A stretch of DNA of 64,000 nucleotides. It comes from Trichoplax adhaerens. Its lineage: Eukaryota > Animalia > Placozoa. The position numbers were made by a program, and so were the translations under genes. The first letter of the stretch is position 1; every line of letters starts with the position of its first letter. Positions 26,881 through 41,000 of the stretch are shown piece after piece. Below the pieces are notes generated by a model. It ran no database searches. It was given only the letters and a program-made list of their open reading frames with translations, and was not told where the DNA came from. The stretch is from contig NW_002060948.1 of assembly GCF_000150275.1 (NCBI RefSeq), positions 754,360 through 818,359 on the forward strand, given 5' to 3'.

Positions 26881-28790
26881 CAATGTGAAAATAATTGACA
26901 TTCTTCGATTCGCAACAGTCTTACAAAAGTAGACATTAAAATTTCCACATTACGTTTCTAATAAGGCTGAATTGAAGGTAAAGCAATTCGATCGCAACTT
27001 CAACGCGAAAGGTTGATTTTGTTAGGCTACCGGTACCAACGTCTCGGATTAAACTCTACTCTATCTATTTTGATTAACTCAATATACAATACAGATTCAT
27101 CTATTGTAGCGTAAATGTAAGAGATGGCGCTGTTACTAAGGCAGACGTAAGTTAATTATTGCATAATTCAATTTATAATTTAATCGATATTGACAGCCGT
27201 TATCAAATATGAAATTATTTGATTTCTGTGGATATAAGGTTGGATAACGTGTTGTGAATGCAATTAGTTGTCTACTTGTTGCCAGATACGATGATTTGAT
27301 TCGTTACTAGGATAATAAAATAAATATATAGCGTATGTCCTGCCGGTAATAAGTGAATATTTTTCATGTCTGGCAGTTATTGGCGGATCGGACGAAATAA
27401 TAGCATTCATTATCTAGTTAATTGTCAAGGTACAAGCTAAACATTATAGAGAGAACAATCATGTGGAACTATGTCTATCCTAATAATTAACCGCTATAGT
27501 TTAAAAACATGATTTAGAGGATGAAATTAAATGAACTGAAAATATGTCATGATAGTTATTCTATGCATTTATATCCAATGTTAACAATCTATCATCATGG
27601 TGATCTCTATTATTGGATTATAATCAGCCATTCAAAGCTATTAGAAAGCCTGAAATAATTATCTTAACTAATTTATCATAACAATACTATTCAAAAAGAA
27701 TAGATTTTAATGGAATTTAATCGATTGTTATCTATGTTTACGATCAGTCGTAACAGTGGTGAATAGTAGTCGTAGGGGTAACGCCATGATGACTGTTGAA
27801 ATTTTTGCATATTCAAGAATAATAAAGATGAGTAATAGAGCAATTGACTTGGCAGTTTCAATTGCGGTTAATTAGAAAAATATCCACAACTAGCCAGCCT
27901 TACGAAAGTTCTATGTCAACTTGATGATAGGTAAGTCTTGATTATTTTATATTCAAGTGCAAGCAAATTAAATTGATTTCATAATACGGTAACTGACGGA
28001 TCTCCTCATTCGCTCAAGTTTATTCTTTTGATCTCACTTTTTTCTCTCAAGTTAAAATAAACATGTGTTTTAATGACAGAATTGAGGCACAGAGCTACGG
28101 CATAAAATCGTGGGTAGATACCCATTTCAACTTAATCCATTTACTATACCATTCTTTTGAAGGTTTTAACTCTCTTCAGATTATGACGATTTGATTCACT
28201 AATGATTATGATTTTATAAATTTTTAACTGAAAACGATCGCTGACTGTAGTCGTTATTGGTTATTCTCTTGATGTTACAACGACGATTTGAATTGATCGC
28301 CCCTTACATGCTTTAAAAAATCAACGACTAATTGCACCATTCCCTTAAACATAACGGAATTTATATCGTAGTTGTAACAACTGTTTAGTCCAATCTAGAC
28401 GAAACCAATGACTGATAGTATGCATATACCACTCTTTATGCAATGGTAAATGCTTTTCAGTTTAATCTTCGCCATTAAATTAATTCTTCTTGATGATATT
28501 AAATTGTGGTTCTCTACACTATTGGTTGCCTTTTAAAGCATTTTTACAATTTACTTCAAAGTAAAGTTATGACTTTGGTTCTAATTTCCAAAGTAAAATG
28601 CCATTGTACAGATACTTAAAACCAACTCTCGCTTTATTCTCCAAAACGAGACGTGAACAAGCGTAAATAAAGCAAAGAATGAACTTTAATTTTGACCTAC
28701 TTTAAATTTCTAACTGTTTTTAGTCTGAACGCAAGGACTCATGATATAAGCTTTGATAATGTAATGATAGTGATCAATTAATTATTACTC

Positions 28791-29651
28791 ATAACTATGA
28801 CTCCATTTTCCTGCTAATAAACTAATACTATACCCAAAGCTCCAAAACGCGTACTAGTAGGATCAATTGCATCAAGCGATACTGTTTCCATGATCGTATT
28901 TCACTACACCTTCAACTAATCATCTTGATATTTACTTAACAAAGTAGAATACTGAAGTAATTTCCTAACTATGACTTCATTTTCCTGCCAAAAAATTAAT
29001 ACCATAGCCAAAGCTCGAAAATGCATTAGTATGATAAACTGTATATTGCAACATCGTGTTCATGATCGTATTTCGCAACAGTTTCAACTAAACGTCTAGA
29101 TATTTACTCAAGAAAATAGAGATACTGAAGTAGTTTCTCATCCATAGAAGGAAGTTATCACGAGCTACTATTAAGTAAACAACTTATCTTGAATATATTC
29201 TTACAAATTGAGTTTATAGCGTAAGTGCTATACAATATCTACCTCTCAGGTTGAATCAATTTACTATAAGTAATTTCAAATGAGCTAATATATTTACTAC
29301 AACATTTTTGTCGATTCTGTCATTATACTGGGAACGAATTGGAGTTCTTTTATTCTTTCTTTTTATAAGAAAATTTTTCTGCAATCAATTTATATTCGTG
29401 ATAATGTAGATAATGCTGTTAAGCAAATAATTTATCTTATATAATATTCTTATAAATTGAGCTTATACCGTAAGTGCTATAAAATATCTGCCTGTTAGCT
29501 TAAATCTATTTGTTACAAGTGATTTATTTAAAGTTAGCTAATACTTTGAATACGTTTATACCTGTTTTTACCATCATTATGCGAGCAAATTGGAGTTTTT
29601 CATTCTTTCTAAAATCAGTTTGTCTGTATTCAGTTGACGCTTCGTGATAAT
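28791..29651. repeat. Two adjacent diverged tandem duplications (~174 bp x2 at 28791-29137; ~248 bp x2 at 29171-29651)
   Basis: TAACTATGACT.CATTTTCCTGC occurs at ~28792 and ~28966. AAATTGAG.TTATA.CGTAAGTGCTATA occurs at ~29205 and ~29453. Confidence 0.8.
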
Positions 29652-32010
29652 ATGGAAAATTATTTCCGAGAAGTTGAGTAATGGAAAGCACTACAGAAAA
29701 ACTTTAAAGAGAAGTTTGACTATTCGTATCGATTAGTGCCTTGTTAAAATATTTTTTGTCAGCTTGTTTCACTGTTTCAAAGTCAATCAATAAGCTCTAC
29801 TTTAAAATATAATGTAGGGATTAAGCAATAGTACTTTCGTCAGTGCAATGTTACAAGTGTTGCAGTTTCTATCAATTCTACCATACGTTGATCGATTCGC
29901 GTTTGCTTTACAACAGTGGATCTAATATTGAATAGCGAAGATAATCTGTTTTTCTAGTTTTCGATTTTATCCTCCTTTCCTTATATTTGTACATACTCGT
30001 AAATGTATAGTTAATATGGTATCACTACAAACTCTAACATGAGGTGAGGTGATGACAATTATTTATGTACGAATTTGTGTTAAAATTTAGCTTTTGTCAG
30101 GATTCCAGCGTCATCTACTGTATTTTTTCAATGCAGCTCTTGCTACGTAACTTTAATCTTATAAGCATATTCAATGAAGTCCTAATAAATTATACACAGC
30201 CCAGGCACATTGCATTAAATAAATTCCCTTCTCCTATCATATTAAGCGAACTAAACAAATAATGTCCTTTCTATTAAAATAGCATTGATGATAAATTTAA
30301 GCAAATATTAATTTTTTTCACGAGAACATGTTCTAGTAAAAGCTAACACTGACAGCATGCATATTATGTATTCTTTTTCCATTTCTACTATACACGGGTA
30401 GTAAGAATGCACCAATTATCAAGGTGATCGTTCAGAAATTACCAGATAAAAAATTGCCCTAATAGCTACCTTTTAATAATAAGCGATAAGATAAATTCTC
30501 TTTAATCTATACTACAGTTCAGCCTATAAACATAAATGAGAATAAATTATCCACTTAATGTTCCGGATGACTAATTTTTCTCTTTGTAATGATCAGGTGA
30601 ACATCCTTATTATTTTCTGCATCTTCTTTTATTACACTTTCAGTGGTCAATATAACTAAATCTCAGACTATATGACTTAATTAATAGCTAATAGTAGCCT
30701 TATACTAGTAACTTTTAGTCTTTTATTCTTATATTTAATTTAAAGTGTTGTTAATTTGTATGCTACTATGCTACTTAATACAATAAACTCCCTATATGGC
30801 GATCACTGTTTTCTTTTATCTTGTAAAAATATCAATTCAATATCGACGATTTTGGCTACACATGACTTTGTGAAATATAGACATATTTTTCGGTCAAATT
30901 TCCAAAACGCTATTCTCTATCCTATAAATTGCCTTCGTACAGAGATAGTTTAAAAATATTAATTTTACTCTTCAATCCATAACAAAAACTTTAAATTATT
31001 TCAATATGAATATTATCTAATAGATCTAAAGGTAAATTAGTAAATCACTAAAGAAATTATTCATCACGACGATTTTAGTTATATGATTCCGTATAATATA
31101 GATATAGCTTTTAGTAAATTATCCAAAATGCTATCCTCTATCTTACAAATTAATACAAATTGCTATCCTACGGAGTCAATTTAAAATATTGAATATAATT
31201 TTCAATCCATATGTCATAGTCATCAAAATAACTTAGATATGGATGTGTAGTTTATGATAACATTTTATTTTGAACTTTTTAGAAGTGTAAACTACTACCT
31301 CAGGAATTGTTATTGTTAGTAATGCCCTAAGTTATTATGATATTATGATGATATAGTAGTAATATGTTACAAGTAAGTATCAAGAACATAGGAGCTTGAC
31401 AGGGCTTACAGTCGAAGTAGATTTACGTATGAAATTGTTTATTACATCGAATGTCCGTATTTAATAATTCAATCGTAATAACATGTTTGTTATTGAAATA
31501 TGTTGGTAGCATAGTAAATATGTTTATAACTACTGAAAGAGTACGTAAGAACGACTGTGATCAATAAAAAGTGATTTTCAGGTTAAGGCTAAGCTGTGTG
31601 ATAGTTTTATATCGTATAGTGTGTTGAGCGAGTTAATTATTCGCAAGGATTCCAATTACTATACCGTAGGCTAGGGAAGTAGTTCTGCGGATTATCGTAA
31701 AGTTTATTATAAGTACTGTGTTGTTTTCTTGTGTCGTAAGGGTAGTTGTGACACTATAACAAAATTATAAATCATTCCAACATCATTTAATAGATGTAAA
31801 GGTAAAGTAGTAACCCACTAAAGAAATTATTCATTCACTAGAATAATAAATGGATAAACTGGTAGACATAGTATTGTACAAACTACCAAATAAAACTGTA
31901 TTATTTGATAATTAATCTTCAGCGATCGAAACATTACAATTAGATTATCTACCTAACCTTATAATTTATTTTGTAGATCTCTAAAATACATAATCACGAA
32001 TAAACACAAG

Positions 32011-35000
32011 ATGAATCAAAAGAAAGATATTTTACTTTATGTCAACGGTGCTAAGGTAAGCCAATGAATCACTTGGCAAGCTATATGCAGCCAATTTCTA
32101 TTTTATATTACATTATCTTCTAAATCTAAGAATTTAGAATATCATTTATCGATGTGTTACAGCGTTATACACTGTAATATCGAGATTATAATAGAAACAT
32201 CTATGTTAGGACAATTTTGTTGATTTACCCTTATATGAAGAGTTTCTATTTTAGATATATGATATTTAAATATAGCACTAGCTTTTATGGTGATATATAT
32301 AGCTTACTGAAATTAGTAGTTTAAGTAGGGAATCGAGAATAACCTTCTTATAATTCAAATCACTGTGATTGTAATTTACCTATGGTAGATTGTAGATTAT
32401 CGTAGAAATGTTCCGAGACAGGACATATTGTAATCTGACAATTTTGTATTAGTTATTCGATGTCTATGTTCGTAAATACTGTTGTCTTCATTAGGTAGCA
32501 GTAGATAAAATTGATTATAGATTAAACTGCAAATGATTCTACGAAAGGGCATACTGTAATTCAGTCATTTAAAACTAGTTGCTAGATATCTATGACTATA
32601 AATATTTCTATATTAATTTGTTTATTAAGTAAGACTTGACTGTTAGAATCTCAAGATGATTCACCAATGTTAGCTGCTACCAAAGAGTATATAAACTCGG
32701 CAGATAATTGAGTAAAATCAATTCTCTAGTCATACAATGTATCCTGGAAGAAAAGACTTCAAAATTCGTACGAGGAGTTAGGGATACTGTATCCCAGAGA
32801 CTTTAGAAATTTAGCGATTTATTTTTAGCTAACCCTTGTTACGAAGCTGTCTTGTAACAGATTTTGATTAACTTTTACAATGCGTTTGCTTTTTTAGTAT
32901 ATAGTAGAGAATGTACAACCAGAATGGACGTTATTGCGTTTTCTTCGAAACCAATGTAATTTTCTACAATAAATCCATGCAAAATATATGAAATATTGTA
33001 AAAATTAAAACTACTTTATGATAGATTGATAGAGTCAAGTGATAATATTTTAATAACTGCAGTAACATAAAAAAAATCAATTAGTTAGAAGTGAAAATTC
33101 AGTGTAATAATAACTATTTTAACTAATCTGCATCCATTAGTACATTTAACTGGGACGAAATTGGCATGTGGCGAAGGAGGTTGTGGAGCCTGTACTGCTA
33201 TGATCTCGAGATACGATCGATTTGAAGAAAAAATCATGTATCCAACAATATCGTATTTATCAACTAATTGATTGTATGGGCTATTATTATTTCAATCGAA
33301 GCATAGTATCAAAATACTAGAATCTATTAAAATAAAATAAGTTGTAATATAAAATTTACGGACTTGAAGATAAAATATCATATTTTTTAGCATAGATTAA
33401 TGATTTTATATTTAGGTGTCCAATTTTGTCTGTAGTGGGGAAATAGATCTTTCAATAATACTGTCTGTATTAAAAGCATTTGATCTATTAAAATTATTCT
33501 ACCTTCAATATAAAATTTGAATAGTGAAAGAAAAAGCATCGCTTTACTCTTGAGATAGATTAATTATTTTACATTCGGCACTCAATTTTTTCTGTAGTGC
33601 GGATATAGGTCTTTTAATGATACTAACAGTGTTAAAGTTAACATTACATAGCATAAAAACGAAGATTCAATACAAAGAGAGCTAAAAATTCTTTAACATA
33701 TGTATAAAAGCCACTATACAGTGAACACTTGTCTAATTCCGTTGTGCACTCTGGATTTTACTGCTGTAACCACGGTTGAGGGAATAGGAAGTACAAACAC
33801 TAAATTGCATCCAGTTCAGGTGGAATATTTATAAATTTAAATCCAAAGCTCCTTTAACAGTATCATCATTTATGATCAGCAATAATGATTTGCGCTAAGC
33901 ATTACAAAATTGCAAGTCATGGAATATTAAGAAGGGTTCATATTTATTGCCCTTTCAATAGGAGCGAATTGCTAAAACTCATGGATCTCAATGTGGATTT
34001 TGCACACCTGGATTTGTCATGTCTATGTATACATTACTTCGAAATAATCCACAGCCAACAGAAGAAGAAATCGAATCAGCATGTGAAGGTGCATAGCGTA
34101 TTCGAAATAACGAAATTGTCGTGATAGTTTATCCTAATAGAATCTACAATGCTATTATTACAATTAGTATGTATACATGCCTGAAATTAATATGATATAG
34201 TGACGATAATTATATAATACAGGTAATTTATGTCGATGTACCGGATATCGAGGGATACTTGATGGATTTAAAACATTTTCCAAGGTAATACATTAATTCA
34301 AATTAAATAAACTGACGAAATTCTCGTACATTAGTTGATGAAAATAAGTTTATCGCAATTGCTGGGAAATTTTATGTAAGCAAAATTCCAATGGTCATAC
34401 GATAGCGATCATAACGATAAAAGTAGATTTAAAATGTTAAAAGACAAATTAGCTATAGAATTTTACATGTAGATAAAAGTAGCTTAGCCATAAATTATGA
34501 AATGTATTCATTACAAGTTTTGTATGGAATGATTTACGTGCATAATGTGTTCATATCAATTATTATTTTTAACAAAATAGTATGATTAGAAACTATATTT
34601 ATTTGGCATCTATTCTCTAATGATTATCCATATGTATTTTTGAAGAGTTATTGCTGCAAGAAAGAACTAAAGAACGCTGAAGTAGAAAATGAAGTGGTAA
34701 AATTATCTTAATCCTGAAATCAAAGTAGAGTTTGATTATATTACAGTCTAAAGCTTATTTTATTGCTTACTTACCATTTCTTGTTGAACCAGTAGTTATA
34801 AGTTGATTATTACTCGAATGAAATTGAAACTATTTAATATATCGAAGCTTTTATTAAGTTGCTTAAGGTTAACAAGATTAACAATCTAGTCATGTTAAAA
34901 GTATATTGCTTGAGTAGGATGGAGCTTTGTCTTTAATTATAGATGTTTTAGTTTTGGATTACAATACATTCCATAGAGAGCCTACATATATTTTAGCTAT

Positions 35001-38000
35001 CAGCATAGAACATATTTAATATTCAATAACATCAATTACTAGTATGTTCAGATATACGAAGTAAGATAACCGTAAAAGTCATTTTTCACAGGGAGAAATG
35101 ACCTGCAAATTATACAGCTTGTCTGAATTTGAAGAGTATGATCCCTCTCAGGACCTCATATTTCCTCCAGAGTTACTGGTAATCTCTTGTTAATCTTTAT
35201 CCTATTTTACTATACGTAAACTGTATCCATGAATTTCGTTAATGTATCTATATTTAAAGCAATAATTGTGCATAAATCATCTTGCTTTAAATCTATTTTG
35301 TGAAACAGATCATGAAGGACCGACCTCAACATAGTCTAAGCATTACTGGCAAACAATTTACCTGGTTTAGGCCATCTACTATAGATGAACTCTTATCCCT
35401 CAAGAAAGAGTATCCCGCGGCGAAACTAGTGGTTGGAAATACAGAAATTGGTTAGCAAGTGCTATAAATAATATAATATAATAAACTATCTCCTATCATT
35501 CTATCAAGATGTCTCTGTATGCTACCAAAATATTACAGTAGGTCAATCATAAATTGTTAAATATTTTAAAAATAATATAATACAATAAACTATTTCCTTT
35601 TGTCTTATCGATAAGTCTCTGCATGCTACCAAAATATTACAGTATGTCAAACATAAATTGCTCTTAATTCTAGAGGTTTTATGAAATTGCAATGTCTCAA
35701 TTTAGCATTAAGTAGTTGAAAGGAAATTCTGAATGAAATTAGCCAGCTAGAATAAAATGAATTCGATTCTATAGGTCTTGAAATGAAATCGAAATGCCTT
35801 CGATATCCAGTTTTAATTTCACCATGTGAAATACCACAGTTAAATGGCGTACATTATGCAAATGAAGGAATTGAGCTTGGTGCATGTATTAGCTTGACAA
35901 GATTAAATAAAGTTTTAAAGGAAGTAATCGAAAAATTACCAGGTACAGAAATGCCTAACTTTATTTACATAGCGTATTCTTTACTTCAGTCGATTCGATT
36001 AGAATTGTTTTTTTATCATTACGTCAAGAATATAAGACAAGAGTCTTTGCAGCTATAGTTGAAATGCTACGATGGTTTGGTGGGCAACAAATTAGGAATG
36101 TTGGCGTAAGTAGATTAATGTTCATAATAAAAGATTTTCATAACTTTAAATGGGTAAAGATTATCCATTTTCAAATTATTGATTTATTAATGCTGAATAG
36201 AGTATCGTTGGCAATATTATGAACGCGAGTCCAATCTCTGATCTAAATCCGTTATTCTTAGCAGCTAAGGCGAAGTTGACTATCCAATCAGTAGATGGTA
36301 TTTTATATTATTATGATATAAGTTTACTTAAATTCAATGACCGAACGGAAACATCTATATTTCGAGAAAAATAATGTACATGTATTTGGAGTATCAAAAT
36401 TAGAATTAAGCCAAATTTGGTAGCAATAAACAATTAAGGTATTAAAAAAATTTATATCTTGCTTTACTTGCCTTTCAGGTCTTAAGAAGGTTATTACTAT
36501 GGACGAAAACTTTTTTACCAGTTACCGTAAAACTTGCATAAAGGAAGATGAAATTGTTATTTCCATTCTTATTCCCTATACTATCGAGGTAAGCTACCCC
36601 AAAATGATGGCTATATCATCTGTTGGCAATTCGTGCATAGTTGTAGCTCTGTTATGGTTAGAAAGCGATTCTCAATGTTTACTCTATTTTCTTACCATTA
36701 AGAACGAATATTTTTACGGATTTAAACAAGCTCGTCGACGCACTGATGATTTAGCGATAGTTAATGCTGGAATGCGAATTATTATAAGTAAATCGGAGCG
36801 AGAGTCGAACTTTACTATTAAGGATTGCTTATTGTGCTTCGGTGGTATGGCTGCAGTAACCGTTATTGCTAAGCAAGCAAGCAATTTCCTGATTGGAAGG
36901 CAAGCTAAATTACTTCTACTAGATATATTGTATAATCTGTTGTTATTATACTTAATCAAATATTGTATATACTGTATATATAGTCTATGAACTTATCTAT
37001 AGTCTCACCTTAAATTTAATTTCTTGCTTAATATTAACAGTTTTCACGATAAAGTATCGGATAGCAAATAGACATTTTATAGATCTATGTGAATTTGCGT
37101 CCCCAATTTTTTCTTTTCATTTTTAGCAATTGAGTATAGTAAAATAAAAAAGTTCAGAGAGCAAATAAATTTATACATCTACATGAAACATCACAAGAAA
37201 GTTTAATTCTATAAAATCTCTGTTACTAAAGAATGAAAATAAACTGGAATATGATCTGCTTTGGTGATAACTTTCTAATATATTCGATCAATTCTGGTGA
37301 TTTTGCTTTTAACAGTGATCGTTCTATCATTTCAATCAAAATTATACAAGATTCTTAATTGCACCCATAAACATAATATAATACATTCTATTTTTAAATT
37401 ATCCGAAATCGATTGTATCTTCTATATTACTTAACTAGTATCTGGTAAAATGAAAGATAGTTTAGAGATTCTGTAGGATACACGCATAAAACACTGATAG
37501 AGCACATTATATAAATTTGTAAAGGAAAACTTATTTTATAATTTGAAAATTATCTCATACTAGACCTTTATTACTAAGAGTTTCCATCATAATGTAGAGG
37601 GAAAAATTTATAACGGATTATATTTTGATTTGATAGGCCGTGGAATACAACTTTAACTGAATCTGTTATTCATTTATTAAACGAAGATATGCCGTTGCCT
37701 TTCTCTGCTCCTGGAGGAATGATCGAATTTAGGAAAGCTTTAGCAGCGAGTTTCTTTTTTAAATTCTACTTATTGGTTACGTCCCAGATATCGATAGAAA
37801 AGGTTTTTTAATGAAATAAGCAATTAAATAAATATTATTAACACTTGTACTGCATAAATTTGTAATGTCACAGTAAAAATTATATTAATCAATTCCGCCT
37901 AAATTTTAATCTAGGAAAATTTAACCAGTCAACTGCCAACTTCTTATTTAAGTGCTTGCTCTGTCTTTAAACAAGATCCAATGCAGAGTATTCAAGTATT

Positions 38001-41000
38001 TGAGGTAAGTCAAACCCATCTCAAATTATTTGAATACATTTTGCTATATGAAAAGTAATCATAGACTAGTAATTATTTAAAATTTGACCTTACTAAACTA
38101 GCAGTCATTTTTGAATACCAACTTAAATTTGGACAAAAGCACCTATTTCTTATAATTTAACGATAAGCTTATGAAACTCTCAAATGTCATTTACGTTAAG
38201 ATAAATTCCATCTGAGATTCCTCATCATTTTAATTTAATTACATAAATATTATTTAACAATAAATTGAATCTGCCTACAGTTTACAGTATGCAGTATATA
38301 ACCAAGATAGTAAGACTAGTATCTTTAAAATAGAGCCCAGACCGAATACTCAGGTTCACATTAAGTTAAAAATAAATAGAGTTTAAAAATCAATGGATAA
38401 ATAGAGTACAAAAGCCTTTCATATGCACTAGAGATACTATTTACATTATAATAACTCGCTAGAAAGCAAGATTAAATTTAGCATGTGATGGAAAATTTAT
38501 CAAGTACGAAAAGCAATTTCTATACTAGTATAGAAGAAATACAGTATTTTATCTATCTGCGAAAATATGAGATTCAAGTATTGGTTTACTGTTAGAGAAA
38601 TCGATCTACAAAAACATGTAGAAATTAAATAAGACATTCCTTTCAAACGTATTTAGAAACCCGACCCTAATTTGCCGCCAGATAGTGGCATGAGAAAGCC
38701 AATTGTCCATCAATCTGCTTTAACACAAGCAACGGGAGAAGCTATCTACAGTGATGATTTACCCACTTTTTCAAGTATAATTTTCATCTATTTGCTATAA
38801 TTATTATAAAGCTTCCAAATAGATTGCCGTTCTTGATTGATAAATATCCATTTGTAATGTAAATTAACGCTGATATTTATAACTTTTGTAGATGAATTAA
38901 ATGCTAGTTTAGTGCTGAGTAAAAAGCCGCATGCTGTAATTAAGTAAGGCAACTAATATTCTGATGGAATATATCTGCAACTGTTATCATACTAAAATTA
39001 CATGAATTATATTTAAAGATCTATAAGATTTGAAAAAGCACTCCAAATGCCAGGTGTTGTAAGTCATGTTACAGCAGCGGATATTCCCGGAACTAATCAT
39101 TTTGGCCCTGCTGTTGCCGACGATGAAGTATTTGCTACTACAAAGGTACTTGGCTGATTTAGTGACGGTTACACAAGATCGCGTATACAAGTCTAATATT
39201 CTCCAGTAGTTGTTTATCTATCGATTTATCTATATGTAGAAATTCAAAGTGGATAGGTCTACTAGTCTATTGCTCAATCGTAATCTCGATTTCGATATCG
39301 ACAGGTTACTTGCATAGGTCATATTATTGGAGTTATTTTAGCGGATACTAAAGAACATGCTGATGATGCGGTTGCAGCCGTAGAAATCGAATACAAAGAT
39401 TTACCTGCAATATTAACCATAGAAGTATGCGAGAATCATGGTTACAGTTCTAGTATTTCATAAAGGGGCAATGATGACATTGATATTGTGATTTTCGATA
39501 TATGACTTCTTTTTTCATCATGCTTGTGTATTTTAGGAAGCGATAGAAGCAAAATCTTTTTACCAACCGATCCGCCATCGTCAAGTAGGAGATGTAGAGC
39601 AGGAATTGGAAATGTCCGATCAAGTTATCGAGGGAGAGCTTCGAATTGGTGGACAGGTAATTGGATAAAATAAAGGGTTGGAATGGTTTAATCTGATGGA
39701 TTGCCATAACTAACAATTTACGTCATTGAATTGATGCTTCAAGTAAAAGTTAATGCTTACAATATTAATATTTGCCCAGTTTCTGTTTAATCCTTACCGC
39801 ATTAAACACGATTTAGGAACATTTCTATTTCGAAACACAAAGTTGTCTGGCATTACCTAAGCTTGAAAACGGTGAAATGGAAATTTTTGCTTCTACTCAG
39901 AATCCTAGCGGAACACAATTAACAGCGGCAAGGACTTTAGCTATTCCAGCTAATAGAGTTGTGTGTCGAGTTAAACGCTTAGGTGCACGGCTATATTTTA
40001 ACAGGAATAATTATGCTGCATAATCATCGGTGTTGATAGTATCTTCAATTAACTGTGATTCCATATACTCTTTTGTCATCCTAATAAATTAAGGAGGAGG
40101 ATTTGGTGGAAAAGAAACACGGACAGTCGGATTTACCACAGCAATTGCAGTTGCGGCACAAAAGTAAAGCCAGTAAACACTACTGTATAATATCCCAACT
40201 TAAAAGTACTCCATAAAGCCAACATTATCCATGACATGATGGATTCTCATTTCATTCATAACTATCCCACAGAATAATATCATAACTTAAATTGTCCTAT
40301 AAATCCAGCAATATCTATAACATGATAGATTCTCATTTCTTTTACAATTACCCCATAGAATAATATCCTAACGTAAATTATCTCACAAAGCCAACATTAT
40401 CTATGAATGAATGGATTCTCATATCTTTCACATTTATCCCGTAGTTCTTATTTAGCGTTACTGTTGCTCATAATTGATTAACATAATCAAATCTACGTTA
40501 TTGTCAGTATATCACTTTTTCGCCAAGCATATTAAGATCATTAATGGCAGACGTAGTACAGTAGATATAATTTTGTTTTCCTGGGCTATATATCATGAGA
40601 CAATTTGTAATTCTGTCCCAGTCCAGAGTATACCCGACTAAATTATACTTGTAGACGCTTTCTGCTCAATTTAAACGCTCTACAGGTTCATAGTCATGAT
40701 TTCATTAATCAATCTGCAAAGTTTAAAATATAATATTGCTATAATATATAAAGTTGATATTTTTATGTTCTTTTTATTTTACTTTACGATACTGACAGCA
40801 TCTAACAGTATTTTAAAGTTAATCTTTATAGCTAGCTTGAAATGCTCAAAAGTAATTAAAGATTTATTCTTTAATTTTCAAGCCATAGAATACCATTGCT
40901 TCATGATTTATAATTTCATGCAATCATAATATCATAATAAGTATCGTAGAAGTTTTATGCAGGTATAGATCTGCTGACGCGTATATATATGCACATTCCA

